DNA from: an uncultured delta proteobacterium | GTDB taxonomy: Bacteria > Myxococcota_A > Polyangia > Polyangiales > Houyiibacteriaceae | Reading direction: 5' to 3' | Assembly (NCBI GenBank): GCA_963842915.1 | Contig: CAWJII010000004.1 | Coordinates: 1 to 64,000 of the forward strand | Length of the DNA: 64,000 nt | Shown: one piece after another, positions 27,955 through 37,883 of the stretch | How positions within the stretch are numbered: the first letter of the stretch is position 1 | Layout of the letters: each line of letters begins with the position of its first letter | The notes under the pieces: generated by a model | The model's database searches: none | What the model saw: only the letters and a program-made list of their open reading frames with translations | What the model was told of the DNA's origin: nothing | Program-made: the position numbers and the translations under genes

Positions 27955-28449
27955 TCAGGCTGACGCCGACCCAAATGGATTGGGCTTCCACATGCGGATG
28001 CCCAGCAAGAAGGGGACGACCCAGTACGGGCCGTTGAAGGCCCAGAAGACGAGCGGATTGCCCGGCGGTGGCCCAATCCAGTACTCGTAGATCAGGAACT
28101 CGGTGCAGCCGTGCAGCATGGCGCCCACGTAAACGAGCGCCATCGGGCGGATCCAGTTCTTTCCCTTGATGAAGGCGTAGACGAGCAGAAGATAGAAAGG
28201 ACCGTAGATCATCCCCGAGATTCCAGTGTTCACGCGAACGTACTGATGATCGGCCAGGAAGAAATGGTCTTGGGCGATCTCTCCGTACCAACGATTCGCA
28301 CGTGACCAGAACGCGTCGCCCTCGAGAAGCCCGAGCGCATGCCAGGAGTCCGAGAAGAACGACGAAAACGCGAAGAACGAAAAACACGCCACGAAGAAGA
28401 TATCTCTCTTCCGGAGGCTCAACGGGAGACCGGTACCTGATTCACTCAT
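27955..28449 (-). CDS. EXPERA-domain membrane protein (EBP / TMEM97-like sterol-isomerase fold)
   Basis: 164 aa, 4 TM. The aromatic-rich pattern YEYWIGPPPGNPLVFWAFNGPYWVVPFLLG resembles the EBP family. GC is lower than in neighbouring genes. Confidence 0.5.
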   Translation of the reverse strand: MSESGTGLPLSLRKRDIFFVACFSFFAFSSFFSDSWHALGLLEGDAFWSRANRWYGEIAQDHFFLADHQYVRVNTGISGMIYGPFYLLLVYAFIKGKNWIRPMALVYVGAMLHGCTEFLIYEYWIGPPPGNPLVFWAFNGPYWVVPFLLGIRMWKPNPFGSASA

Positions 28450-28450
28450 T

Positions 28451-29893
28451 TCAACTCCGGGTGGGGGACGTCATTGTTTCTTCTCTGCGGCGGCTAGTTG
28501 CCCGCGCGACGGTGTGGAGCTCGTCGAACTGTTCGCCGATGCCCTCGACGATGTTGTGAACGTCCGGCAGGGCGTCCCAGTCCGAGTTGAAGCCCCAGTA
28601 CACCGTGCCGGCGTAACTGAGGACGGCGAGCGCGAGAGCTTGATTCGGGAACAGTGGCATCATCGGATAGATGGCCCGCATCTGGGAGCCCAGGAAGTAT
28701 AGTGGCATCCGCGGACCGGGGACGTTGGTGATGACCACGTTGAACGGCCGGTGACGAGTTGCCGAGCGACTGAGCTGGGCGAAAAAGCGCCCACCGACTC
28801 GATCCGCCAAGCCCTCGAGCCAGGACACCCCGAGCGCTTGCTTGCTGTGTTTGAGCTCCTGGGTGGTTTCGATCACGCGCGCGAGGCGAGCAGCGGAGTC
28901 ACGCTCACCCACTGGAAGCTGGGCCATGATCATCGCGACCCGATTACCGAGCTCTTTTTGATTGTCCGTACGAACGCTCACCGGAATCAAGGTGCGGAAA
29001 TCGATGTCGTCGGTGGCGGTCCGGTGCTCGCGGAGATACTGGCCGAGCGAACCCGCAGCGGTGGTCAGCACGACGTCGTTGATCGTCCCACCAAGACCCG
29101 ATCGCACGTCTTTGATCTCGCCCATCGAGAGCTCGGTCCAGTCGAAACGGCGATGCGGTCCGACCTTGTCCGGGTTGAACGGCGTCTTGGAAGCGGCCCG
29201 CCAGCCCAGCTTTGACGCCGCGAGGAGGCCCTGGACCACATCCCGCGCCTCTTGCAACGCCTCGCTCGGCCGCCGAAGCGGCGCTAGGAGCTCGAATGGC
29301 GACTGGATGCGCCGAACCAGCTCGGTGGCGACCAGCTCCGCGCGCTGCGGCGCTCGGCGAGCCGTCCACGGCGGGGGAGAGTCCTCTCGCTCGAACGGCC
29401 GTTGGCCGAGCAAAGTCTGGATGATGCTCACACCCGAAATGCCGTCGGCCATGCAGTGATGGATCTTGGTGACCAGCGCGAAGCGGTCGTCTTCGAGGCC
29501 GTCGACGACCCAGACTTCCCAGGGCGGCTTGTGAATGTCGAGCGGCAGCTCCAGCAGATAGCCGCAGACGCGCTTGAGGACGCGCTCATCGGCTGGTTGC
29601 GGTAAGGCGATTTGCCGGACGTGATAGCGAACGTTGAAGTTCTCGTCGTCTACCCAAATCGGATGATCGAAGAGCGGAATCTTGATGAGGCGCTGGCGGT
29701 ACCGGGGAACGCCCTGAAACGACCACTCGTAGTTGTTGAGGATCTTCTGGAAATCGAGCCCTCCGTCTGACGTCCGGAGCGGCCCTGCGTCGAAGACCAT
29801 GACGGCGGCTTCGTGCCAATGCGTGTTCTGCTCCTCGAAACCGAGAAACGAGGCATCCAAAGCAGAAAGGCGGTCGTAGTACGTGTGCGACAT
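28451..29893 (-). CDS. wax ester synthase / diacylglycerol O-acyltransferase (WS/DGAT)
   Basis: HHCMADG (HHxxxDG) catalytic motif. Start set at MSHTYYDRL to avoid overlapping the upstream gene. Confidence 0.85.
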   Translation of the reverse strand: MSHTYYDRLSALDASFLGFEEQNTHWHEAAVMVFDAGPLRTSDGGLDFQKILNNYEWSFQGVPRYRQRLIKIPLFDHPIWVDDENFNVRYHVRQIALPQPADERVLKRVCGYLLELPLDIHKPPWEVWVVDGLEDDRFALVTKIHHCMADGISGVSIIQTLLGQRPFEREDSPPPWTARRAPQRAELVATELVRRIQSPFELLAPLRRPSEALQEARDVVQGLLAASKLGWRAASKTPFNPDKVGPHRRFDWTELSMGEIKDVRSGLGGTINDVVLTTAAGSLGQYLREHRTATDDIDFRTLIPVSVRTDNQKELGNRVAMIMAQLPVGERDSAARLARVIETTQELKHSKQALGVSWLEGLADRVGGRFFAQLSRSATRHRPFNVVITNVPGPRMPLYFLGSQMRAIYPMMPLFPNQALALAVLSYAGTVYWGFNSDWDALPDVHNIVEGIGEQFDELHTVARATSRRREETMTSPTRS

Positions 29894-29961
29894 CAGCAGA
29901 GCGCGGCTCTTGTGCCGTTCTACCCTCTGAGGCCTTTCGCCTACAACCCTCTTTTGCGTTT

Positions 29962-31065
29962 TTAGCGCAGCACTTTGCGGCGAAACTCGCGGATGATCGG
30001 GATCGGGTCGAGCCATGCCGAGGCGTCCGCGCGATCGTTGTCATGCTCACACATTGCCCCGGCAAATCCTTCCGGGATTTGGCTGAAATGCTCGGACTCA
30101 TCAGCGTTTTCGTCGAAGTAGTGATACTCGAAACCCGGGACGAAGAGGTCCTCGTCCGCAACGACATCGATCGTGCGAACCCCGAAGGACGAGAGCTCGG
30201 TCGTGGTCGCCTGCGGCGGGATGATCCACACGTGCTTTGGGCCCGCCATGAACAGGTACTGCACTTTTCGATTGCGCGAGAGGATGCGAAACCTCTGAAG
30301 CTTGCCGCCGTACATGGCGCTTCTCATCTCACTAACCTCGATGATGCCCTTGGCGAAGTCCGGCTCGAAGCCCGCCACGATCTTGAGCGAGGTCGGATCG
30401 TTGTTCCGTGTGAACCGAGCGATGCTGCGGCCGCCGTTGATCAGGTTTCGTCGATTGGCGGCTGCTCTTTGTCGCGGTCCGGCAAAGTCGCTGTATGGGG
30501 CCGTGCGGTGGCTCGGTGCGTTTCGGAGCAGAAGGTAGAGCGCTTCCTCGTCGTGGATGGCGTGCCGAGCTCTTCGGTTGAGCGTTTCGAGTGCGGTCTG
30601 AATTTCGAAAGGCAGGTCCGTAGTCGACTCGACGCACTCGGTGATCTCGTAACCGCCGCGCGCCAGAGTGACGACGTCACCTTTGCCGATCCAGAAATCG
30701 CCGTCCCTGGAGATCATGTGCGAGGCCGCGCGCCAGATCAGGGATAGATCCTTGTAGAAGATGCGCGGAAAGATCTCGGTCCGCCCCGTCCTTCGATGCC
30801 GTTGCACGACATAGGCAACGAAGAACCGCAATGCGGGGTTCTGTCGAACGTTCGTCAGAAAAAATCGAGTGTCGAAAACCGAGAGCTCGTACTTCGGCGT
30901 GTACCCAGCAGTCAGCAGTCCGGCGGGGTCGTCTTTGGCCTCGCCGGCAGGGCGAATCTCCGCGCCCGAGTCGAGCAGCTTGTGGAGCTCACGTGCCACT
31001 TGGCGCGGGGTCAGATCGGCGGGTTCGACGCTGGGAACGATGCGAGTTGGAATGGCTGAAGTCAT
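29962..31065 (-). CDS. conserved hypothetical protein
   Basis: 367 aa in a coherent frame with no recognisable motif. Confidence 0.55.
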   Translation of the reverse strand: MTSAIPTRIVPSVEPADLTPRQVARELHKLLDSGAEIRPAGEAKDDPAGLLTAGYTPKYELSVFDTRFFLTNVRQNPALRFFVAYVVQRHRRTGRTEIFPRIFYKDLSLIWRAASHMISRDGDFWIGKGDVVTLARGGYEITECVESTTDLPFEIQTALETLNRRARHAIHDEEALYLLLRNAPSHRTAPYSDFAGPRQRAAANRRNLINGGRSIARFTRNNDPTSLKIVAGFEPDFAKGIIEVSEMRSAMYGGKLQRFRILSRNRKVQYLFMAGPKHVWIIPPQATTTELSSFGVRTIDVVADEDLFVPGFEYHYFDENADESEHFSQIPEGFAGAMCEHDNDRADASAWLDPIPIIREFRRKVLR

Positions 31066-31152
31066 GGCTGGTAGCGAGGTACCCTACTCGTGGCGCTTAA
31101 ACCAGGAATACCGGCCCATTTTCTCGCGTTTCAGCCCTTTGAAGGAGCCGCA

Positions 31153-31617
31153 ATGTCTCGCCTGCTCATCATTGGATTCATTTGGCTGGGTTGCACCCTC
31201 GCCTGGTCGATTCTCGGATCGAGCCTGACCATTCGAAGCGCCGATACGAGCAGCGCCCGAGGCGAGGAGGTCTATGGCCTCTGGGGCGGGCCTCTGTACC
31301 AAGAGCCTCCACAAGCCTTCGATCACCTCGCGCTGACCTGGGCGTTCATTTTGTCCGCTGTCGTCTCGATGGCCTTGGTCCTGAGCTACGTCCGGCTCTT
31401 CGTGGGTTGGCGCTTTGCGCTCGAACGAGTCGCGCCCGTGCAGCTGATCTACCTCGTTCTCTTCTCGGCGACCTTCTTCTGGAAAGGCTTCACGGGCTTG
31501 TCGATCACAGTCGGCGCCATTCTCACTCTCTTTGCGGTGATGCAATTCACCGGCCGTCTGGACTGGACCGAGACCTTCGCCAAGCGCACGGCTCGGCGAG
31601 GTCCTGTCGCTGGTTGA
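31153..31617 (+). CDS. small hypothetical membrane protein
   Basis: 4 predicted TM helices; ATG at 31153. Confidence 0.45.
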   Translation: MSRLLIIGFIWLGCTLAWSILGSSLTIRSADTSSARGEEVYGLWGGPLYQEPPQAFDHLALTWAFILSAVVSMALVLSYVRLFVGWRFALERVAPVQLIYLVLFSATFFWKGFTGLSITVGAILTLFAVMQFTGRLDWTETFAKRTARRGPVAG

Positions 31618-31757
31618 TCGGCACTCTCGTCAGACGAATTTGCTGCGCGCTCGGTGCATCGGGGCGCAGCAATTGCAGTCCTGGCGAGACCCGTTCCCGA
31701 AAAATTGGGCGTTTCGTTCTGGCACGCGACTTGCGTTGATTTGCAGCCGGAGGAGAT

Positions 31758-32804
31758 ATGCGCGCTTTTTCGAAAATTCCGATGTTGGTTGCACTCAGCT
31801 TTGTCTTGTCCATGGGTTGCGGAGGCTCGTCGGATGACGGCTCGGCTGGCAGCGGGGGCTCAGGAGGGACGGCTGGCTTGGGCGGTTCTGCCGGGGATGG
31901 CGGCGCCGGCGGCTCGAGGTTCTTACAGCTGACGGCTTGGGGCAGTCACAGTTGTGGACTCTCTGAAGACGGGAGCGTCGAATGCTGGGGTTCCGACGCG
32001 CACGCGAGTGTCGACCCTCCCGTAGGAGAGACCTTCGAGGAGATTCAAACGGCGAACACGTACTCCTGCGGGGTCCGGACCAATCGCACGGTCGCCTGTT
32101 GGGGCGAAGGCCAGGGAACGGCGGTCCCAACCGGAGAGCTCTTTGAAACCGTGGCGCTGGGCGTCAATCACGCCTGCGGCCTGCGCGCCGACGGGACGGT
32201 GCGTTGCTGGGGCGGTGTCACCGACGACGAGGAATGCGCGAACAAGAAGTACAGTTGCGGCCAGGGGGCCTCCCCAGATGGCACGTTCACTCAAATCGCC
32301 GCAGGGCACTACAGCAACTGCGGTCTGAGGCCCGAGGGAACGATCTACTGCTGGGGCGCCGGCCGAACCGACGATTCAGTTGCGCCCAACTTTGGTCAGG
32401 GGCTGGCGCCCGCGGGTAGCTACGACAGACTGTTCGCAGGCGTCTGGCACTACTGTGCTCTGAGCGCTTCTGGCGAGCTGTCCTGTTGGGGCGCGGGGAC
32501 CAAGCAAGGCTGCAGCGGAGGAGACAACCTGCACTGCGGCCAAGCGATCCCGCCCGACGGTGAATTCAAGGCGCTCGGCCTCGGCTGGCTGCACAGCTGC
32601 GGCGTTCGCAGCGACAACAGCACCGTATGCTGGGGCATCGACCAGGGCGGCTCGGGTGACCTCGACCCACCGGCTGGAGAGGTCTTCGACCAGCTCACCG
32701 CCGGGCAGTACCATAGCTGCGGACTTCGAGCTGACGGCGTGGGAATCTGCTGGGGCTTCGTGCCCTGTGGCGGCCCGGGGGAAGATCCCTGCGGGACCCA
32801 GTGA
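31758..32804 (+). CDS. RCC1-like repeat lipoprotein
   Basis: Lipobox LSMGCGG. Glycine-rich linker. Seven repeats of HSCGLraDGtvxCWG. Confidence 0.75.
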   Translation: MRAFSKIPMLVALSFVLSMGCGGSSDDGSAGSGGSGGTAGLGGSAGDGGAGGSRFLQLTAWGSHSCGLSEDGSVECWGSDAHASVDPPVGETFEEIQTANTYSCGVRTNRTVACWGEGQGTAVPTGELFETVALGVNHACGLRADGTVRCWGGVTDDEECANKKYSCGQGASPDGTFTQIAAGHYSNCGLRPEGTIYCWGAGRTDDSVAPNFGQGLAPAGSYDRLFAGVWHYCALSASGELSCWGAGTKQGCSGGDNLHCGQAIPPDGEFKALGLGWLHSCGVRSDNSTVCWGIDQGGSGDLDPPAGEVFDQLTAGQYHSCGLRADGVGICWGFVPCGGPGEDPCGTQ

Positions 32805-32889
32805 CGGCGGCCGGAACGAGAACCCCATCGCGAGCTTCGTGGTAGGCTGGCGCCGCCAAGAAATCGAAGCACGATATCGAAGGAATCCC

Positions 32890-34960
32890 ATGACCTATCC
32901 ACAGCCTCGGGTCCTCACCCATGCCCGGCTCTCGATCGCCGTTGCGCTCTCGCTGTTCTCGTGGAGCTGTTCGAGCAGCGATCCAGCTGTGCCAAGCGAG
33001 CCCAACTACCTCATCGGCAGCGGAGCCGGCGACATCACCAGCCCCGTCGTCGACCTGCCGTTCGCGGGCTACTCGCTTCCAACCCACATCGCGAGCGGCC
33101 TCCACACCCGCCTCCATGCGCGAGCCTTCATCATCGCAGAGCTCGACGGGGCACGGAGGCTCGTCTTCGTGACTGCCGAGCTCTTGAACATGTCGCACGA
33201 AGTCAGGCTCTCGGTCGTCGACAATCTACGCGCAAAGTACGGCGAGACCTATTCGCTCGACAACGTCGTTGTGAGCGCGACCCATACGCATTCGAGCCCA
33301 GCGGGCTACTCGCACGACGGCACGTTTCGCGAGAGCTATTTCAATGCGGTCGTGGAGGGAATCACGGAGGCCATCGAGTCGGCGCACGAGACTCTGAAGC
33401 CCGGACGCATCCTGCTCGGCCAGCAAGAGGTCGAGGCCGCGGGCAGCAATCGCTCGGCCGTCGCCTATGCCCAGAACCCAGAGGCCGAAAGAGCGCGCTA
33501 TGCGAACGATACCGACAAGGAGATGACCCTTCTCAAGTTCGAAACGCAAGACGGCATCATCGGCGCCCTTAGCTGGTTCGCGGTTCACCCCACCTCGCTG
33601 ACGTACAACCAGCTGCTCGTATCGGCGGATAACAAGGGCGTCGCATCCTTCGAGATGGAGCGGCGCGCCCGGGAGCGAGGCGACACGGGGGACGGCTTCG
33701 TCGCAGCGTTCGCACAAAGCAACTGCGGCGATGTGACAGGCAACCTCAACCTCGACAACACCGGCCCTGGCAACGACGAGTACGACAGCGCGCGCATCAT
33801 CGGGGAGCGGCAGATGGACGTGGCGATGGCGCTTCTCGATTCCGCCTCGGAGCCCCTGAGCGGAGGGGTCGACTACCGGCTCACCGCGGTGGATTTCACC
33901 GACCTCGATGTGGGGGACGAGTTCACTGGGGCGGGCCCGCAGAAGACCTGTTTTTCCGCCTACGGCTATTCCTACGCGGGCGGGTCGACCGAGGATGGTG
34001 GCGGCCACCCGCTCTTCATGGAGGGGATGCTCGAACGTGAGTCTTCCCTCGATGCCTTGATTCAACTCGTGGTCGAGCCGCCGCCGATCAGCGACGAGCT
34101 CCGCGCCTGCCACGCGCCGAAGCCGATTCTTGTTTCCCAAAGAACGACAAAACGCTCTGCCGGTCGGCGTCGCCAAGGTCGGTCAGCTCGCAATCGTGTT
34201 CGTCCCGAGCGAAGCGACCACCATGTCGGGCCGTCGATTGCGAGACACGGTCACGGCGGTGTTAGGCGACGAGGCGAAATACGTGATGGTCGCGGGCTAC
34301 ACAAACGACTACGCTGGTTACATCACGACACCCGAGGAGTACGCGGTCCAGCAGTACGAAGGCGGTCACACTCTTTTCGGGCCCTGGACCTTGCCGGCGT
34401 TCGAGCAAGAGATCGACCGTCTGACCAAGGCGCTGGCCAACGGCACGCCTGCGCCGAGCCCCGCGGACGCGGGTGACCTCCGCGGCATGGTCGCGTCCAA
34501 CCTCGTAGGCAACGAGTACGACGAATCGCCGGCGGAGGCCTCGTTTGGCGACTTGGTCACGCCCCCCAACGCAACCTATACGCCGGGCTCGACGATGACG
34601 GTTGCATTCTGGACGGGGCATCCCGACAACGCCTACGAGCGGGACGCTCGCTACTTCGAGATTCAAAGGATGGTCGACTCCGATTGGTCTGTGGTGGCGA
34701 CCGAGGCCGATGCGTCGACGAAGGCGATTTGGAGTCAGCAAAGCCGAGTGATCCCCCCTTACGATCCGCTCGACCCCTTCGCCGCGCCTCCACCGCCCAT
34801 CAACGAGGCGTTTACGGTCACCATCGCCTGGCAGATTCCCGATGACGCCGCGCCGGGGAGCTACCGGCTCATCTTCAACGGAAACGAGAAGCCGCTCGAG
34901 GGCAGCGGGGTTCGCAGCTTCGTCGCGCAAAGCCCGCCATTCGAAGTGACTTCCCCATGA
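32890..34960 (+). pseudogene. neutral/alkaline ceramidase, lipoprotein, with an apparent +1 frameshift near 34125-34140 (authentic pseudogene or sequence error)
   Basis: N-terminal ceramidase domain (…VVSATHTHSSPAGY…) in the frame ending at 34476. The C-terminal part (…VAKVGQLAIVFVPSEATTMSGRRLRD…) is in the +1 frame starting at 34130. The region between KPILVS and LPVGV is shorter than in homologues. Confidence 0.6.
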
Positions 34961-36096
34961 GGCCGGTCTCGACGCTGCTCGTCTCACTATTGCTGCTCAG
35001 CGCGGGGTGCGGCGACGAAGGCTGCGGTGCCGGCGGCTGCAACAGCACGTCGGCGCCAGTTGATATCCGTCTCCAAGTCGATGACTTCGTTGCCGGCCTG
35101 GACAAGCCCTGGGACCTCGCCTGGCTGCCGAACGGGACCCTCTTGGTCACCGAGCGACCGGGCCGTCTCAACTTGTACTTGGACGGAGTCGACGCGGCGC
35201 CCTTCGTCATCTCGCCTGAGGACGTCGTCGCCCGCGGCGAAGGCGGCATGATGGGCCTCGAAGTCGACCCGAGCTTCGCAGACAACGGCTACGTGTACGT
35301 CTGCACGACCTCGAACGCCGGCGGCGACCCCGACGTGCGACTGATCCGGTTCACCTTGCGCACACCCGATGGGGGTGCGGTGCTCGAACGCCAGGACATC
35401 GTGACGGGCATGCCCTACAGCACGGGAAGGCACAGCGGTTGCCGGCCGCGCTTCGGGCCGGATGGCTTTCTTTGGGTCGGCACCGGTGATGCGGCGATCG
35501 GCGCGAACCCACAGGACGACGACTCGCTCGGCGGAAAGGTGCTGCGCGTCGACCGCGAGGGCGCGGCTGCTCCGGACAACGCCGAAGGGTTTCGCTGGTA
35601 CTCGAAGGGGCATCGCAACATCCAGGGCATGGCGTTCCGAGCCGACGGCATCGGGATCTCCGCCGAGCATGGTCCGAGCGTCGACGACGAGCTCAACTTG
35701 CTCGTAGCCGGCAACTTCGGCTGGGACCCCGTTCCCGGCTACAACGAATCGGTGCCGATGACAGACCTCGTGAAGTTCCCCGATGCCGTTCCCGCCGTCT
35801 GGTCGAGCGGCTCGCCAACCCTCGCGCTTGCAGGCGCGACCTTCATCGAAGGCAGGGCCTGGGGCAACTGGGATGGGGTCCTCGCCGTGGCAACCTTGAA
35901 GGCCCGCCACCTGCACATCTACGTCGTCGATTCCGAGGGCCGAGTGACCGGCGAAGAGCGCAGCATCGGAGATCAAGGGCGTCTACGCACCCCCCGGCAA
36001 GGCCCAGACGGCCTCCTCTACATCACAAACGACGGCGGGGGCGGAGACGGCAAAGTCCTGCGCGTAACCCCTGTTCCCATCGGAGCAGCGAGCTAG
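34957..36096 (+). CDS. PQQ-dependent sugar dehydrogenase (soluble glucose/sorbosone dehydrogenase family) lipoprotein
   Basis: Lipobox LLSAGCG. LDKPWDLAWLPNGTLLVTERPGRL matches the sGDH beta-propeller family. Confidence 0.8.
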   Translation: MRPVSTLLVSLLLLSAGCGDEGCGAGGCNSTSAPVDIRLQVDDFVAGLDKPWDLAWLPNGTLLVTERPGRLNLYLDGVDAAPFVISPEDVVARGEGGMMGLEVDPSFADNGYVYVCTTSNAGGDPDVRLIRFTLRTPDGGAVLERQDIVTGMPYSTGRHSGCRPRFGPDGFLWVGTGDAAIGANPQDDDSLGGKVLRVDREGAAAPDNAEGFRWYSKGHRNIQGMAFRADGIGISAEHGPSVDDELNLLVAGNFGWDPVPGYNESVPMTDLVKFPDAVPAVWSSGSPTLALAGATFIEGRAWGNWDGVLAVATLKARHLHIYVVDSEGRVTGEERSIGDQGRLRTPRQGPDGLLYITNDGGGGDGKVLRVTPVPIGAAS

Positions 36097-36114
36097 GCGC
36101 GGCCTGGACGCCCA

Positions 36115-36240
36115 ATGCCGATACTCGCCAAGACCTTTGCTCCCCTAGTCCTGCTCGCAGTCGCCGCCTGCGCAAGCGATGCACCCTGTTCCAACGGCAT
36201 CCTCTGCCAAGACCCGAGCTGGAGTTTCGACGAGCGGTGA
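36115..36240 (+). CDS. possible 41-aa lipoprotein ORF (MPILAKTFAPLVLLAVAACASDAPCSNGILCQDPSWSFDER), stop overlapping the GTG start of the kinase
   Basis: Found by reading; lipobox LAVAAC. Not in the ORF track because it is under 60 aa. Confidence 0.25.
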   Translation: MPILAKTFAPLVLLAVAACASDAPCSNGILCQDPSWSFDER

Positions 36241-37133
36241 GCGGCGCTTACTACACGATCATCAACGGGGCTGCGGGCGCGGGGCGATGCGCGAAAGCCG
36301 CACCGGGCTGTCTCGACGAATTGAGACGCCGCGGGCTGGAGCTCGAGGTCACGTCTACCGAGAGCCCCAAACACGCCACCGAGCTCGCCAGGCGAGCGGC
36401 CGGCGAGGGGCAGCGCCGCTTTCTCTCCGTCGGGGGCGACGGAACCGCCGCAGAAGTCGTCAACGGGCTCGTCGCCGCCGGCGTTGCCGGGGAATGCGAG
36501 CTAGCCATGCTGCCGCTCGGCACCGGAAACTCGTTTCTGCGGGACTTCGACGTCACCGATCCCGAAGTCGCCATCGAGGCGATTGCCCGCGGCCGCAGCA
36601 TGCCCATCGACGTCATCCGCCTGACGCACGAAGCCGGCGAAATCCACTTCATCAACACGATGGGGACCGGATTCGTTGCCCGAGCAGGCGAGCTCACCAA
36701 CGAACGCTTCAAGTTCCTAGGGGCCGCAGGCTACATCGCGGCGGTGCTGGTTTGCGTGGTCAAGCTTCGATATGAAACGAACACGCTCCGCTATGCGGGC
36801 AAGACAGATGACGCCCGCACTGTTCTCACCTCGTTTTCCAATAGCCAGTATACGGGTGGCTCGATGCGCATGGCCCCCGATGCTCAGGTCGCGGACGGGC
36901 TTGTCGACCTCGTCCGCGCAGGCCCTCTCGGAAGGGCCGCTCTGATGGCTGCGTTCGCACGGATCTTCTCGGGGACGCACACCGACCTCGACGAGGTTTG
37001 GACAGGGCAGGTCGATCGGGTCGAGTTCGTGAACCCGTCCTATCAAGCAGTGCTGATCGACGGCGATCTCTATCATCTCACGCCCCTTTCGATCGAAGTC
37101 CTTCCCGGTGCGATTCGCTTAGTCGTATGAACG
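36237..37133 (+). CDS. DAGK_cat-family lipid kinase (YegS/diacylglycerol/sphingosine-kinase-like)
   Basis: LSVGGDGT and GTGNSF motifs of the DAGK catalytic domain. Confidence 0.8.
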
Positions 37134-37873
37134 AGACCACAACCGTCTGGAATCGAATCGTGAGCCTCGGCATCTGGGTCGTCGCGGGCGGGTTTTTGGT
37201 TGTGGCCCTGTCGTTCTTCACGATCCTCTACCAGTTCGTGCGGCCCGATCGCGTTCAGTTTCTCGAACGCCTCTACTGCAGGCTTCAACTCGCGCTAACC
37301 TTCAACCGGCAGCGACAGCAGGTGCACCCCGCCGTCGACCCGGGCACCCAGTACATCTTCATTCAGAACCACAGCAGCCACCTCGATCACGTCGCGATGT
37401 ACACGGCGACGCCGCACTTCAAGCAAGGCATCGAGCTCGAAAGCCACTTCGACTACCCCTTCTACGGCTGGTTCATGAAGGCGCGCGGCACCATCCCCGT
37501 GCCCAAGGACCGTGCGGGCGCCCTCGGCGCGCTGCGCAAGGCAATTCGCGCCGAAGTCGACGCCCGGCACTCGATCCTCGGCTTCCCCGAAGGGCATCGA
37601 ACCAAGACCGGACAGGTGGGCCCCTTCTACGACGGTCTATTTCGCATCGCGATCGAGCTGGGCATCCCGATCGTTCCCGTTGCGGTGACCGGCCTCTACG
37701 AGGTGCTGCACAAGGGCTCGCTCGTCATTCGCCCCGGCAATGTGGTCACCGCGTACGTCGAAGAACCGATTCAGACCGAAGGACTCGGCGAGGACGACAT
37801 CGCCGGCTTGCGCGACCGCGTCCAAAACCTGATCGCGGCCAGAGTCGACGCACAGCTGAGCGAGAGGGCCTGA
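37130..37873 (+). CDS. lysophospholipid acyltransferase (PlsC/LPLAT family)
   Basis: ATGA overlap with the kinase. Motifs NHSSHLD (HX4D) and FPEGHRT, plus an N-terminal TM. Confidence 0.85.
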   Translation, partial: NETTTVWNRIVSLGIWVVAGGFLVVALSFFTILYQFVRPDRVQFLERLYCRLQLALTFNRQRQQVHPAVDPGTQYIFIQNHSSHLDHVAMYTATPHFKQGIELESHFDYPFYGWFMKARGTIPVPKDRAGALGALRKAIRAEVDARHSILGFPEGHRTKTGQVGPFYDGLFRIAIELGIPIVPVAVTGLYEVLHKGSLVIRPGNVVTAYVEEPIQTEGLGEDDIAGLRDRVQNLIAARVDAQLSERA

Positions 37874-37883
37874 GCCCGCCTGT

